64,000 bases of DNA from Polyangiaceae bacterium (GCA_033763455.1 JANRKO010000076.1:1-64000), one strand, 5' to 3'. Shown: positions 19,586 to 29,450, counted from the stretch's first letter. Numbers and translations: made by a program. The notes: generated by a model from the letters alone, not told the origin.

Positions 19586-21328
19586 TCAAGTTCCCTTCGT
19601 CCTTTGGAGGAAAAGTTGGCTACTCGTTAGCAAACGGAGGAGGTCATCCAGCCTTTTTGGGCCTTTCGTCCACGGTTCAACCAACTGTTTCACGGAGCAG
19701 GCCTGTTGGTCATCGAGCAGACGACCCAGCGCAAACGACGCTACCTTCTGCGAGAGGCAACTGGCTACGTCACTGCTTGTCGAAAAGCGACTGCTAAGCT
19801 CCAAGACACCGTCGAAGGGTCCGTCAACGTCTGTTCCTGTGATCACTCCAGTAGCGTTAACTGGTGCGCCATCGCGTTCGGTCAAATACGAGCCGATGAG
19901 ATCATAGTGCTCGAATGCAAGACCCAGCCCGTCGAACTGCGCATGACACGCGCTACACTCTGGCTTGGAGGCTCTCAGATCCGCGATCTCCCGCTCCGTG
20001 AGGTTCTGCGCGCGGAGGCTGTCAATTTGCGACTGCAGGGCAGCGGGTGGGGTGGGAACCTGCCGGCACAGGTAGCGTTCCAACAAGAAGAGGCCGCGGT
20101 GGACCGCCCGCGACCCGGGGCGAAGGCTGAGCAAGGTCCCTGCGCGGGTTAGAATTCCCGAACGCTGATTTGCCGGAAGATCTACGAGCTCGGGAGTTGT
20201 GGAAGCGCCCGCGGCGACCCCGTAAAACGCACGCAACTGGGCGTTGATCAGGCCGCGAGTGGAGGTAAACAAAGCGGGCAGTGAACCGGATCCCCAAACG
20301 TTTTCATTGACCAATTGGTTCACCTCCTCCGCCATGCTGCTCCTTAGAGCGGCGTCGAGTTGAGGAAAGAGGGCTGGGTCGCGCTCTGCAGTCAGTGACT
20401 TGTCTGCACCCAACACCTGAATCAAAAGGCGATTCATTCGAGCTTGCACGTCCGGCATCGCCATCAATCGCGCAATCTGCGCCTTTACCTGGTCCACGTT
20501 GGAGAGGGAGCCGAGCGATGCCGCCTGCAAGAGTTCGGCATCGGGACCGCGGTCAAGAAAGAAGAAGGAGAGAGAAGAAGCTACTTCATGCGGTGTGAGT
20601 GCCAACTCAGGTCCAGGCGCTGTCGCCTCGCCAAGCTCCGTGCGATAAATAAAGTCTGCTGACTGCAAGACGGCTTGCACCACGAGCTCAACACCGCGCG
20701 AAAAGGATTCAGCGGCACCCACCTCAAATACAGCTAGCAAAGCGGCTTCCTCGGCCGACGCTAGGGGCCGACGATAAGCACGCGGAGCGAAGGTCCGGAT
20801 GAAGTCTGTGGCACAAGAAGTTCGCGTGGCGATATCTGAAACGGCCGTAGAGCACGGCACCCATGCGCTCAACTGACGGACAACCTGCGCTGCAGTGTCG
20901 ACAGCGGCAAGGTAATACTGGTTCGCCAAGGGGCCTCGAACCACGAACTCGTCTGTATCTTTGAGCGTCGCGCTCTCGGCGCCCGGTGTGACAACCGCCA
21001 GGGGTGTTATCCCGGGAAAAAGATCCGACACCAGGTTTGCGTATTGCGCGTCCGTGACCTTCCGTACGCGCGCGGGGGCGAGCGCAGCCGTTGTGCACAG
21101 TCCGGGATTTGCAATTGGGGGCACCCCAGAACCTGGCCCGCCCGGCATCACGACTTCAGGAGGCAGCGGCTGCGCGGAGCCTGAAGGCCCATCTAACTGA
21201 CTGGAAGGCGCGCCTCCGGGGCCGGACCTGGGCACCTCTGTGCTGCATCCGAGGGACGACAACAGGAGCACCAAGGGCACGCTCCGGGATGGCTTGAGCC
21301 GCATTGAATCTTTCCTGGGTACAGGCAT
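19586..21328 (-). CDS. DUF1592/DUF1588/DUF1595/DUF1587/DUF1585 multidomain lipoprotein (copy 1)
   Basis: Lipobox LGC; RKVTDAQYANLVSDL, RAYRRPL, LQSADFIYRTE, RSGILT, HRG, CSACH, GLAFEHYDLIG. Confidence 0.9.
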   Translation of the reverse strand: MPVPRKDSMRLKPSRSVPLVLLLSSLGCSTEVPRSGPGGAPSSQLDGPSGSAQPLPPEVVMPGGPGSGVPPIANPGLCTTAALAPARVRKVTDAQYANLVSDLFPGITPLAVVTPGAESATLKDTDEFVVRGPLANQYYLAAVDTAAQVVRQLSAWVPCSTAVSDIATRTSCATDFIRTFAPRAYRRPLASAEEAALLAVFEVGAAESFSRGVELVVQAVLQSADFIYRTELGEATAPGPELALTPHEVASSLSFFFLDRGPDAELLQAASLGSLSNVDQVKAQIARLMAMPDVQARMNRLLIQVLGADKSLTAERDPALFPQLDAALRSSMAEEVNQLVNENVWGSGSLPALFTSTRGLINAQLRAFYGVAAGASTTPELVDLPANQRSGILTRAGTLLSLRPGSRAVHRGLFLLERYLCRQVPTPPAALQSQIDSLRAQNLTEREIADLRASKPECSACHAQFDGLGLAFEHYDLIGSYLTERDGAPVNATGVITGTDVDGPFDGVLELSSRFSTSSDVASCLSQKVASFALGRLLDDQQACSVKQLVEPWTKGPKRLDDLLRLLTSSQLFLQRTKGT

Positions 21329-21354
21329 GGCTGTGACTTCCGAACCCAGAGGAT

Positions 21355-21375
21355 ACGTTACCGGTAACGTTACCG
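21355..21375. promoter_or_regulatory. Overlapping palindromes, probable LacI-family operator
   Basis: ACGTTACCGGTAACGT (21355-21370) and CGGTAACGTTACCG (21362-21375) are both perfect palindromes with central CG, between divergent lacI and DUF1592 genes. Confidence 0.75.
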
Positions 21376-21508
21376 CAAGGCGTTTTCGCTATCCTTAGGG
21401 TGCCCGGCCGACTTGGGTTTGGGGCGCACTCGTGGCAGCCGCTACGGCTGGGGTTTCCGAGGCGGGGAGACAGTTTTCGGCAACTGTGGATCGTGGCATG
21501 TGGACTGC

Positions 21509-22465
21509 GTGGGCATCGGAATTCCCGAGATCGCCAAGCTTTGCGGGGTCTCCATCGCCACGGTGGACCGCGCACTGCACAATCGTCCCGGTATTTCAGA
21601 GGCTACTCGCGCCAAGATCCTCGCCTGCGCCAAGAACAACTCCTACCAACCCAACCTGAGTGCACGTGCCCTTTCGCGCGGTGCATCGTTCGTTGGGGCC
21701 CTCGTGTTCGCAGGTGCTCTGGCGACCCCGAATGAACTCCAGGTTATCCTAGGTGCTCGGAAGGAACTTCGAGCCCACGAATATCCATTGTTCATTGTTC
21801 CCTACGCGACGGATGCTGAGTTTCGCGCGGCGTTTTCTGATCTTGAGCAACTAAATTGTGCTGCCCTCATTCTCGTTGGCATCGGTAAGACAAAGATCCC
21901 CGAGACTTCGACACCCGTCGTTGCTGCGATTCACCACTTGCAGGGAACGAATGCGTTTGGCGTAGCCCCCAATGAAGAACGAACCGGACGAACTGCCGTA
22001 GAGTACCTGAGGGGAATGGGGCATCGCCGGATCGCTTTCCTCGACCATAATGCCACTCTTTGGGCGAATCTGGAACGCAAGCGCGGATTCATGCTCGGCG
22101 CACAGGAGCTCGGCGTAAGTGTCGTTTCAGGGGTTGCAACAGACCTTCCTGAGCTTGTCCAGAGAGAGCAAGTCACCGCTGCCTTCTGTCACAATGACGG
22201 ATTAGCGATTCAGGCCATCCGTGCGGTCGAGTCTCACGGTATGTCCGTACCCGAAGACGTTTCCGTCCTAGGGGTCGACGATAGGACTGATCTCCCGTTC
22301 CTGCAGCCCAACCTCACAACACTGCGTTACGACTTTGAGTATCTTGGGGCGCTCGCTGGTCGCCGCGTCCTTGCTCTACTCAGCGGACAACCCTTCAACG
22401 AGCAGATGCCAGATCTGCCAATTATCGAGCGCGGCACCGTGAAACGCATTGCGCCGGGGATCTGA
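21509..22465 (+). CDS. LacI family transcriptional regulator (start approximate)
   Basis: IPEIAKLCGVSIATVDRALHNRPGISEATR HTH, YQPNLSARAL hinge, VPEDVSVLGVDD, PNLTT. Confidence 0.92.
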   Translation: MGIGIPEIAKLCGVSIATVDRALHNRPGISEATRAKILACAKNNSYQPNLSARALSRGASFVGALVFAGALATPNELQVILGARKELRAHEYPLFIVPYATDAEFRAAFSDLEQLNCAALILVGIGKTKIPETSTPVVAAIHHLQGTNAFGVAPNEERTGRTAVEYLRGMGHRRIAFLDHNATLWANLERKRGFMLGAQELGVSVVSGVATDLPELVQREQVTAAFCHNDGLAIQAIRAVESHGMSVPEDVSVLGVDDRTDLPFLQPNLTTLRYDFEYLGALAGRRVLALLSGQPFNEQMPDLPIIERGTVKRIAPGI

Positions 22466-22575
22466 AAGCTGATCGTCGCGTTTGAGGGGTTCAGTTGCGA
22501 GCGAGTCGTGCCCTTCCTCCAAGCGAAGCATTCCCAGGCTTGAGCCGGAGGAAACTCCGACTCTCACCGAGGTGC

Positions 22576-22666
22576 AGATCACTCCCCCACCACTCGGCTC
22601 TACTTCTCGACGCGCTGAGAAAGCACAATGTCAGCCGACGGAGAAGCGGGCGACTCGGCCTTTTCC
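22576..22666 (+). repeat. Dispersed structured repeat, copy C
   Basis: Shares the core and the upstream AGATCrCTCCCCCACC extension with copy A. Confidence 0.85.
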
Positions 22667-22906
22667 ACGCTAACCGTGAGGTCGAACGCCACCTCAGGCA
22701 CTGACCCGCTTAGCTTTGCCTCACGCGAACCCTCATGGTATTTGAAAGCCCCTACTCGAGCCCACACGCTTGCCGAGCTCTTGCGATATCAAGCAACAAA
22801 GCTCGTTGCGCCCAGGTCGAGCATGGCGGTGTCGAGCTCCACTGGATTTTCAAGCCCGCAAAGAATACGCTGCGTTCCAATCGAATAGGCGCTCACGAGG
22901 TAGAAG

Positions 22907-23077
22907 ATGGAACAACTCATCGAAGGTCTGGTTGCAAAAGTTGGATTGAGCAAAGAGCAAGCCGCCCAAGTAGTGGCGTTCCTTAAAGAGCACGCACACG
23001 AGGTGCCCGGTTGGCTAGGGCTCGACGTCAACGCACTCAAAGACAAACTTCCGGGCGGGCTTGGGAAATTGTTCTAA
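22907..23077 (+). CDS. Small helical protein, 56 aa (not in ORF track)
   Basis: RBS GAGG; MEQLIEGLVAKVGLSKEQAAQVVAFLKEHAHEVPGWLGLDVNALKDKLPGGLGKLF*; resembles small DUF2267/DUF2780-like proteins ending GGLGKLF. Confidence 0.7.
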   Translation: MEQLIEGLVAKVGLSKEQAAQVVAFLKEHAHEVPGWLGLDVNALKDKLPGGLGKLF

Positions 23078-23132
23078 GTCCATTGGATGCGAATGCGATG
23101 CTGCGGTCCGGTGCGACCGCCATGCGGAGCAG

Positions 23133-24512
23133 TTATAGCAACTGGCTGAGCGGACCCTGCGCGGGCACGTTGGGGCCGAGGCCGTCTGGGTGCGTGCCAA
23201 AGGCCGCTGGAGGCACGCTGAGTGCAGCGCCGAGTGTCGAGTAAAGATCAACCAAGGGTCGATTGTCCGCGTCCGGATAACGCACGAAGCGGCCGTCGAG
23301 CTTGAGTGACCCCGCAGAGCCCGCAAGCAGCACCGGCCAACGCCTATGTTGCGAGTTGTAGGCTTCGCCATTGTCGCTCGTGAGCATGGCCAGGGCACTT
23401 ACGGCGCCAGGCAGCTTGGCAAACTCATCCAGATTGGAGGCGATCTTGCCGCTCAACCACGCGTAGAGGTTCCGCATCGCCGGCGCTTGGATGCTGGGAT
23501 CGGCGCGGCCAAGATCGGCGAGGCTCGTCGCTGAGCCCGTAACTCCACGTAGCCCAGGCGCGTTGTCGTGCGGATTACCACTGCCTATGTCCACACCGAT
23601 CACGTTCGTTATCCCACACACAAGTGCCAGGCTGGCCAAAGCATGCAGCGCGTCGAAGACAGCTTCTGGATCGCCGGTTTGAGTTAAGGTGGGCCGCTGC
23701 CCTGGACCACAAAAAAAGTCGACAATGGGCTGAAGCGCCTTTTCGTAGGTCTCCATGCTCGCCAGATACTTGGAAAGCTTGTCACGCTCGGGCGCGGCAA
23801 ACTGAGATTCCAACTGGTGAATATCCGCTCGCATCGCATCGAAAATGAATCGAGACGTTGGCTTCGCGGGCAGTTGGCTCCCAAACAGATCTTCAAACAA
23901 GAGCGCGGGGCTCTGATAGGCCCCTATTTTTTGATCAGATCCGGCGGCGAACAACTCACTCCTCATCGCCAAATCCGTGTGACTCGAAATTCCGATCAAC
24001 ACAGACTTGCGCGGCGCGTTCGCACTCAGGGTTCCCGCGACGTGCTGGTCGAACGTGAGGTTCCCCGGCATGGTGTGATCGACGTCCGTTCCGGGTACGC
24101 AGCTCAACGCCATATGAGAGCACCCGTAGTTTGCCGGGGCGCCCTTTCTCGGGTGATTCTTTAGCCCATCCACCAGCAACAATTGGCTTCGATACGCTTG
24201 CAGAGGTGCAAAGGCTGGGGGCAAAGTGAACGCCGCAGAATCCACCAGCGCGCCCTGAATAGGGGCCGGCAACTGTGGATCGACCCCCGTGAGATCTTCT
24301 GCAAACTCAGGCGGCGTGAAGACCCAATAGGGATTCAACCCGCCGCATGCGAAGTAAAACATCGCCACCTGCCGCCCCACAGCTTGACCGTTGGCTTCCT
24401 TGAGAATGTTCTTGGCGAGCGGGGCAAGCAGCGCAGCTCCAGCTCCAAACCCCATTTTCTGCACAAATGAGCGCCTGCTGAACGAAACTGACCTTCGGCT
24501 ATAGTTCGTCAT
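23133..24512 (-). CDS. DUF1552 family protein, Tat-exported (copy 2, divergent)
   Basis: SRRSFVQ Tat signal; LLLVDGL, TFDQHVA, PALLFEDLFG, KLSKYLASM, WPVLLAG; RBS AGGAGG. Confidence 0.8.
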   Translation of the reverse strand: MTNYSRRSVSFSRRSFVQKMGFGAGAALLAPLAKNILKEANGQAVGRQVAMFYFACGGLNPYWVFTPPEFAEDLTGVDPQLPAPIQGALVDSAAFTLPPAFAPLQAYRSQLLLVDGLKNHPRKGAPANYGCSHMALSCVPGTDVDHTMPGNLTFDQHVAGTLSANAPRKSVLIGISSHTDLAMRSELFAAGSDQKIGAYQSPALLFEDLFGSQLPAKPTSRFIFDAMRADIHQLESQFAAPERDKLSKYLASMETYEKALQPIVDFFCGPGQRPTLTQTGDPEAVFDALHALASLALVCGITNVIGVDIGSGNPHDNAPGLRGVTGSATSLADLGRADPSIQAPAMRNLYAWLSGKIASNLDEFAKLPGAVSALAMLTSDNGEAYNSQHRRWPVLLAGSAGSLKLDGRFVRYPDADNRPLVDLYSTLGAALSVPPAAFGTHPDGLGPNVPAQGPLSQLL

Positions 24513-24522
24513 AAGGCCTCCT

Positions 24523-26325
24523 TTAGAAGCTCCGGTTGAGAAAAGGATCTGAAGCGGCGAGCGCTGCTACGAACTCCACGTAGCTGCCACTTGCAGCATA
24601 GGCATTCGCCGCATTCAGGAGAGCACACGAATCCTGTGCCCCCTCCATCCGGCCAAGGAAGTAGCGAAAAGCGTTGCGCATCACGCACTCTTGCACGCGC
24701 CGTGTGTTGGCAAGCTTCATCGAAAGATCAGCGCCATCCGTGAACGAAACGCTGGCATCATCCACACCCGTCAATGCGCCGCTGGCATCGATGACTTTGC
24801 CTGATTCCATGGTTCGATAGGCGCCGACCGTGTCATAGTTTTCAAACGCAAGGCCGGGCGGATCTAAGAGCGCGTGGCAGGGTCGGCACGAACTGTTTGG
24901 CGCCGCGTGGGCCGCGAACCTCTCACGCATCGTGAGAGATGGGTCATCGCCAAGAGGCGGTACTGAAGAAGGATCCATCTCAGGAATATCTGTGCACAAG
25001 ACGTCCTCCGTGATGAAGAGGCCACGCCTGACCGGCTTCGTCTCGTCACGGGTGGCCATGGCCCCGAGCCAGGCAGGATTGGTGAGAAAGCCGGCGCGTT
25101 GCCCCGGCAGGGCCAGCATTTTGGCAGGTGGGCCAGTATCTGGCGGAGCTCCCGTTAACCCGTAAAGATTCTGGGAGCCGCAATCCACGAACACATTCTG
25201 TGTGGTGAACAGCGTACTTATGAAGTTGCTTTGGTAGTTGGATTGATAGACATCCTCCACCAACGCCTCAGCCTGAAGAACTAACCGATCTTTGTTGTAA
25301 CCGCAGGCAGCAGGGGCCCCCGGTTGCGCGTCCTTGGCCACGCCACGAATGGCTCGCAGCTTGAAGTACTCGGTCACGAAGTTACGCGCTCCTGCGGCCG
25401 CGGGTAAGCTCATCAAACGCACTACTTGCGCCTTGATTTGATCTGGGGTGTTCAACGCCCCATTGCTGGCCGCATTCCAGAGCTCCACATCTGGCGGAGC
25501 CATTGTCAAAGCATAAGCGAGCATGGCAGCCACCTCATACGGCGTAAGCTTGTAAACGGATTGGATGCCCGCGTTCACGCCGATTTCTGGCTTGAATAGG
25601 AATTGCGGCGCCATCAGCATGGCTTGAAAGGCGGCAGCCAGGGAGGTGTCCGCGTCCGCCTCAAGATGCGTATCGGTAGCGACCTTGAGATAGCGCGCCG
25701 CTTCCTCGGGCAACAACGGCCGACGAAAGAGGATGGCACCCTTCTCTTGAAGCAATGTGGAGACACAACTTTCAAACGCCAGTGCGCTATCGGTGGCCCA
25801 GCAACTGCCTGTCTTCAAGTTTTGCACAAGCAACGAAGCGATATCCGCGGACGTTCGAAACACGCCACGCATTTCGGGGTCCGAAAGCGTGACCGCCCCC
25901 GACGTCGTTGTGTACCTTGCATCAGGCTCCGAAAGCGGATTCTCGAAGGTGCTTGGCATAGGCACCACCGGAGCCGAACCTTGCCTACGACCGTTCAGAA
26001 AAGCGCCAACTGTGTTGGCGTATTCTACCGGAGTTAACCGCCACAGGCGCCTTGGCGCCGGCGCAGATCCATTCTGAGAGTCGAATGAGCAACGAGGCGG
26101 CGGTGGTTCCACGATGCCACCCGTGCCTCCAGACGCAGCTTCCGAACCGGCGCCACCAGTTGCGACATTCCCGCTGCCTCCGAGGCCTCGGCCACCTAAG
26201 CTAGACATTCCGCCGAGCGCTTCCCGACCTCCTGAGCTCGAACTTTCGCCGAAAGCTCCGTCGTACTCCGTTCGGCCGCAGCCCAGCGCAACAGCGACAC
26301 ACGTAGTTAGCAGCAGGAAACGCAT
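24523..26325 (-). CDS. DUF1592/DUF1588 multidomain lipoprotein (copy 2)
   Basis: Lipobox ALGC, Gly-rich linker, WRLTPVEYANTV, FRRPL, PQFLFKPE, RAGFLT, PVRRG, CRPCH, GLAFENYDTVG. Confidence 0.9.
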   Translation of the reverse strand: MRFLLLTTCVAVALGCGRTEYDGAFGESSSSGGREALGGMSSLGGRGLGGSGNVATGGAGSEAASGGTGGIVEPPPPRCSFDSQNGSAPAPRRLWRLTPVEYANTVGAFLNGRRQGSAPVVPMPSTFENPLSEPDARYTTTSGAVTLSDPEMRGVFRTSADIASLLVQNLKTGSCWATDSALAFESCVSTLLQEKGAILFRRPLLPEEAARYLKVATDTHLEADADTSLAAAFQAMLMAPQFLFKPEIGVNAGIQSVYKLTPYEVAAMLAYALTMAPPDVELWNAASNGALNTPDQIKAQVVRLMSLPAAAGARNFVTEYFKLRAIRGVAKDAQPGAPAACGYNKDRLVLQAEALVEDVYQSNYQSNFISTLFTTQNVFVDCGSQNLYGLTGAPPDTGPPAKMLALPGQRAGFLTNPAWLGAMATRDETKPVRRGLFITEDVLCTDIPEMDPSSVPPLGDDPSLTMRERFAAHAAPNSSCRPCHALLDPPGLAFENYDTVGAYRTMESGKVIDASGALTGVDDASVSFTDGADLSMKLANTRRVQECVMRNAFRYFLGRMEGAQDSCALLNAANAYAASGSYVEFVAALAASDPFLNRSF

Positions 26326-26908
26326 GCGGTACTCTCCGTCATCCAAGTGAGGCCAAGCCCCGGACGTTGCTAAGCAAAGCTACGGGGTTTTCTCCCGCTA
26401 TGTCAAATGAAAAGCAAGAATTCCAATGTTCGTATGCCGCACTTATTCGCGCCTAACCGCCACGGCACGAAAAAGGTACCGCAGCCGCGAAATGGTACGC
26501 CTCCGTACCGAGGGTAGCGAGTACGCACTCGTAATGTTCTCCACAGATTACCTTCTAAACCAACCCAATCCCCCACGCAGGCCAAGTGGTAGTTACCTTG
26601 AACTCGCGTCAACGACACGCTCCCGTAGCCGGCGCTCTCTCTGCGTGAATCCGAGATTGATCAAAGGTGAAGTCGCGAGGTTCTCGTAGCGAAGCGGCTG
26701 CCACACGTGTGCGGGCTCTGCGGAAAGGTCGACGTGGTCCAGCTCAAGGAAGCGCGGGGTGAGGCGCGTGCTAACGAAATTGTTCCGCGGGCGAAGGAGC
26801 CGCCCGGCGAATCGTGCGTGCGGCGTGGAGGGTTCAGGCGCACTACGGCATGGTATGAATGCTGCGTCTCCGTGCTTCGGTTAATTCTAGGCTGTAAGGA
26901 GTTGTGAA

Positions 26909-27697
26909 ATGGGTGGCAACCTACGCTTGAACAGGACGTTGTGGATCCTAAATGGTGTCCTTGCATTCGCGGCTGCGGCTGGCGGTGTGATTAAGCGCGA
27001 CATCTATACGGGGCTGTTCCCTGAAGACTTTCTGCCCGGGGCATTCCCGCAGGACATTCTGACGATGTTGATGAGCGTGCTGCTCGTGCTGCTCGCGCTG
27101 AGTACCCGCGCGGGCGACGTCCGCAAGCAAGTTGTGATCACGGGGCTAATCGGCTCGCTCTTTTACCTCTATGGGATCTTCACCATCGAGAGAGTCTACA
27201 ACGGGCTTTATCTCCTCTATGCGGCAATTTTTGCCCTTTCATTCTGGACGCTCATCAGCACGCTTGCCAAAGTTCGTTCCGCTTCTTTTTCCAAGCTGCG
27301 TGTTCCCAAGGCAATTCTGAAAACGACAGCTGTCACGTCGATCATAATTGCAGGTGTCTTCACGGTGTTGTGGACGGCCGCCCTGATCCCTCTGATGAGA
27401 GACCACCATCGAATCGAGTTCATGTATTCGATCTACATACTTGATTTGTGCTTCATCATGCCTGCGTTCGTCATCACAGCCGTAATGAGCCTGCGCGGCA
27501 TGCCGCTCGGCATTCTCATGGGGCCCGCGATCATGATTCTCGGCTTCTTCGTGATCTTCCCGCTCGGGCTGAATGAGCTGGCCAAGCCATCCTGGGGCAT
27601 GCCGATCAACGTCGGGCCCATGGTTGTGTCGTTCGCCTTCGCCGCGGCGATGTTGACCATCGGGGGGCTTCAGATCGGGAAGATGCACGTCGATTGA
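26909..27697 (+). CDS. Integral membrane protein of unknown function
   Basis: RBS AAGGAG; about 8 TM segments. Confidence 0.7.
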   Translation: MGGNLRLNRTLWILNGVLAFAAAAGGVIKRDIYTGLFPEDFLPGAFPQDILTMLMSVLLVLLALSTRAGDVRKQVVITGLIGSLFYLYGIFTIERVYNGLYLLYAAIFALSFWTLISTLAKVRSASFSKLRVPKAILKTTAVTSIIIAGVFTVLWTAALIPLMRDHHRIEFMYSIYILDLCFIMPAFVITAVMSLRGMPLGILMGPAIMILGFFVIFPLGLNELAKPSWGMPINVGPMVVSFAFAAAMLTIGGLQIGKMHVD

Positions 27698-27842
27698 AGG
27701 ACGCCCGAAAGAGCGACATCCCTCGGGCCAAGACCAGCTTCCCCGCGTCCAAACCGCCCCCCCGCCGTGCCCCCGCCGCTTATTCGCCCTACAATTGGGC
27801 CCAAACCACAAAATTGGTTACCCTCGGTAAAGGAAGGCCCGT

Positions 27843-28484
27843 GTGATCCGAGGACTGATTCGATTCTTGCTGTGGACCGCTATCCTTTTGGGAGCGCTCG
27901 TGGCTGCGCTGCGTTTCACGGCCATTCGCTGGTGGCGCGTGCCGGACGCCGATCCTTTTTTGGAGGCCTCCATCGCTCCTACGTTGCGCGCGGGCGATTT
28001 GGTGTTGCTGTGGCGTTTTACGCCGCCGAAATTTGGGGACTTGGTGTTGTGTCCCGAGCCGAATGCGCCGGAACGCGTGGTGATTGGTCGGCTCGTGGGT
28101 GAAGCGGGCGACGAACTTTCCGTGAACGGCCAGGAAGTACGGGTCAACAATCGTGCGATGTCTACCGAACGGCGTTGCGAACCAAGGAGCTTCAGCGTGA
28201 TCGACCCCGACGTAGGCACCGAAGTAACTCAAGATTGCGACGTGGAAGCCCTCGGTGGCCACCTTCACATGCGCGGCTCAACGTCAGGGCACCTCGCGCC
28301 TAAGCCCTTCTCTAAGACCATATCCGAAGGGATGGCGTTTTTGCTGAGCGACAACCGCCTCTACCCGTACGACTCCCGCGATTACGGAAGTGTGGAACGC
28401 ATCACCTGCAAAGAGACCGTCATCTTCCGAATTGCCCCCAAAGAGGGCTTCAACAGCCCCCGCCGCCTCACTTTTATCCAGTAG
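27843..28484 (+). CDS. Signal peptidase I (S26) homolog, catalytic Lys apparently replaced
   Basis: SIAPTLRAGD box B, VIGRLVG in place of IKRxxG, LSDNR..DSRDYG box E. Confidence 0.8.
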   Translation: MIRGLIRFLLWTAILLGALVAALRFTAIRWWRVPDADPFLEASIAPTLRAGDLVLLWRFTPPKFGDLVLCPEPNAPERVVIGRLVGEAGDELSVNGQEVRVNNRAMSTERRCEPRSFSVIDPDVGTEVTQDCDVEALGGHLHMRGSTSGHLAPKPFSKTISEGMAFLLSDNRLYPYDSRDYGSVERITCKETVIFRIAPKEGFNSPRRLTFIQ

Positions 28485-28667
28485 CGGGGAGCGGGCCAAA
28501 GGCTGTCTGCCCACGGGCCTAACGACAATTCAGCTCCCCAAGGTCGGCGCTTGTGGCTACCATCCAAGCCCCGGCAAACATCAGCCGTTTGAACCTTGCC
28601 CCCGGCCCCTGGCCGGCCTCTGCCTAGCCCCTCGCCAGCCCCCCCGCAGCCCTTCAAGGAAGCGACC

Positions 28668-29450
28668 ATGGACCAAGCTAAATTCTATGTTTGCGACTCG
28701 TGCATGACGCCGGTGCCCACTGGGCACAAGTTCTGCGGTCGCTGTGGTGCTCCGATCCCCGACGCCGTGTTGCACATGCACTCGAAGTACTTCAGCGACA
28801 TGCAAGATCCATTGAAGGCACGGCTGATATTGATCCGTGGCGATGGCATGGATGGGTTGAGCTACCACCTGAAAGCTGAGCAACACGTTGTGGGCCGCAG
28901 CGGGCAGCTTGAGTTCCCCGATGATCCGTTCGTTTCCCCACGCCATGCGAACTTCTTCTATCGCGACGGCCATCTCGTAATTCGCGATGAAGGCTCGCTC
29001 AATGGCGTGTACGTCCGGGTGCGCGGCACCGTGGAGATTGCCGCGGGCGATACCTTTATGGTGGGCGAAGAGCTCTTCCGTTTGGATCGCGAACCGGCAG
29101 CGTCGGATGCGGCCGGCCAAGATGGAACCTTCTTCTACTCGTCGCCCCGCTATCCCAGCATCTTCCGGGTAAACCAAGTGCTGGAGGGTGGAAGCCCAGG
29201 CATCACCGTATGTGCGCGCCTATCGACCCTCAAGATTGGCCGCGAAAACTGCGACGTGAACTTCCCCGAAGACGTGTTTCTCTCGGCAGAACACTGCAGC
29301 ATCGAGCTCAATGGTGATCGCTTCTTCCTCACGGATCACGATTCGAAGAATGGCACCTACGTGCGTATCAAGAGCGAGCGTCCGCTCACGCATGGGGATT
29401 ACCTCTTCATCGGGCGCAAGCTTCTGCGCGTTGAGCTGAACAGCAACTGA
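28668..29450 (+). CDS. Zinc-ribbon + double FHA domain protein
   Basis: CDSC..CGRCG; two FHA domains (VGR..SPRHA..SLNG; IGR..SAEHC..SKNGTY); RBS AAGGA. Confidence 0.88.
   Translation: MDQAKFYVCDSCMTPVPTGHKFCGRCGAPIPDAVLHMHSKYFSDMQDPLKARLILIRGDGMDGLSYHLKAEQHVVGRSGQLEFPDDPFVSPRHANFFYRDGHLVIRDEGSLNGVYVRVRGTVEIAAGDTFMVGEELFRLDREPAASDAAGQDGTFFYSSPRYPSIFRVNQVLEGGSPGITVCARLSTLKIGRENCDVNFPEDVFLSAEHCSIELNGDRFFLTDHDSKNGTYVRIKSERPLTHGDYLFIGRKLLRVELNSN

Noticed and set aside
9606..22666. Dispersed repeat as CRISPR, attC or TPP riboswitch
   Set aside because: Copies are 5-8 kb apart with no spacers or cas genes; no attC core sites or integrase seen; GCTGAGA is not followed by the remaining TPP aptamer motifs
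26426..26907. Short ORFs in the gap between DUF1592 copy 2 and the membrane protein, and the many antisense ORFs across the window
   Set aside because: No recognisable motifs or RBS; expected shadow ORFs in GC-rich DNA
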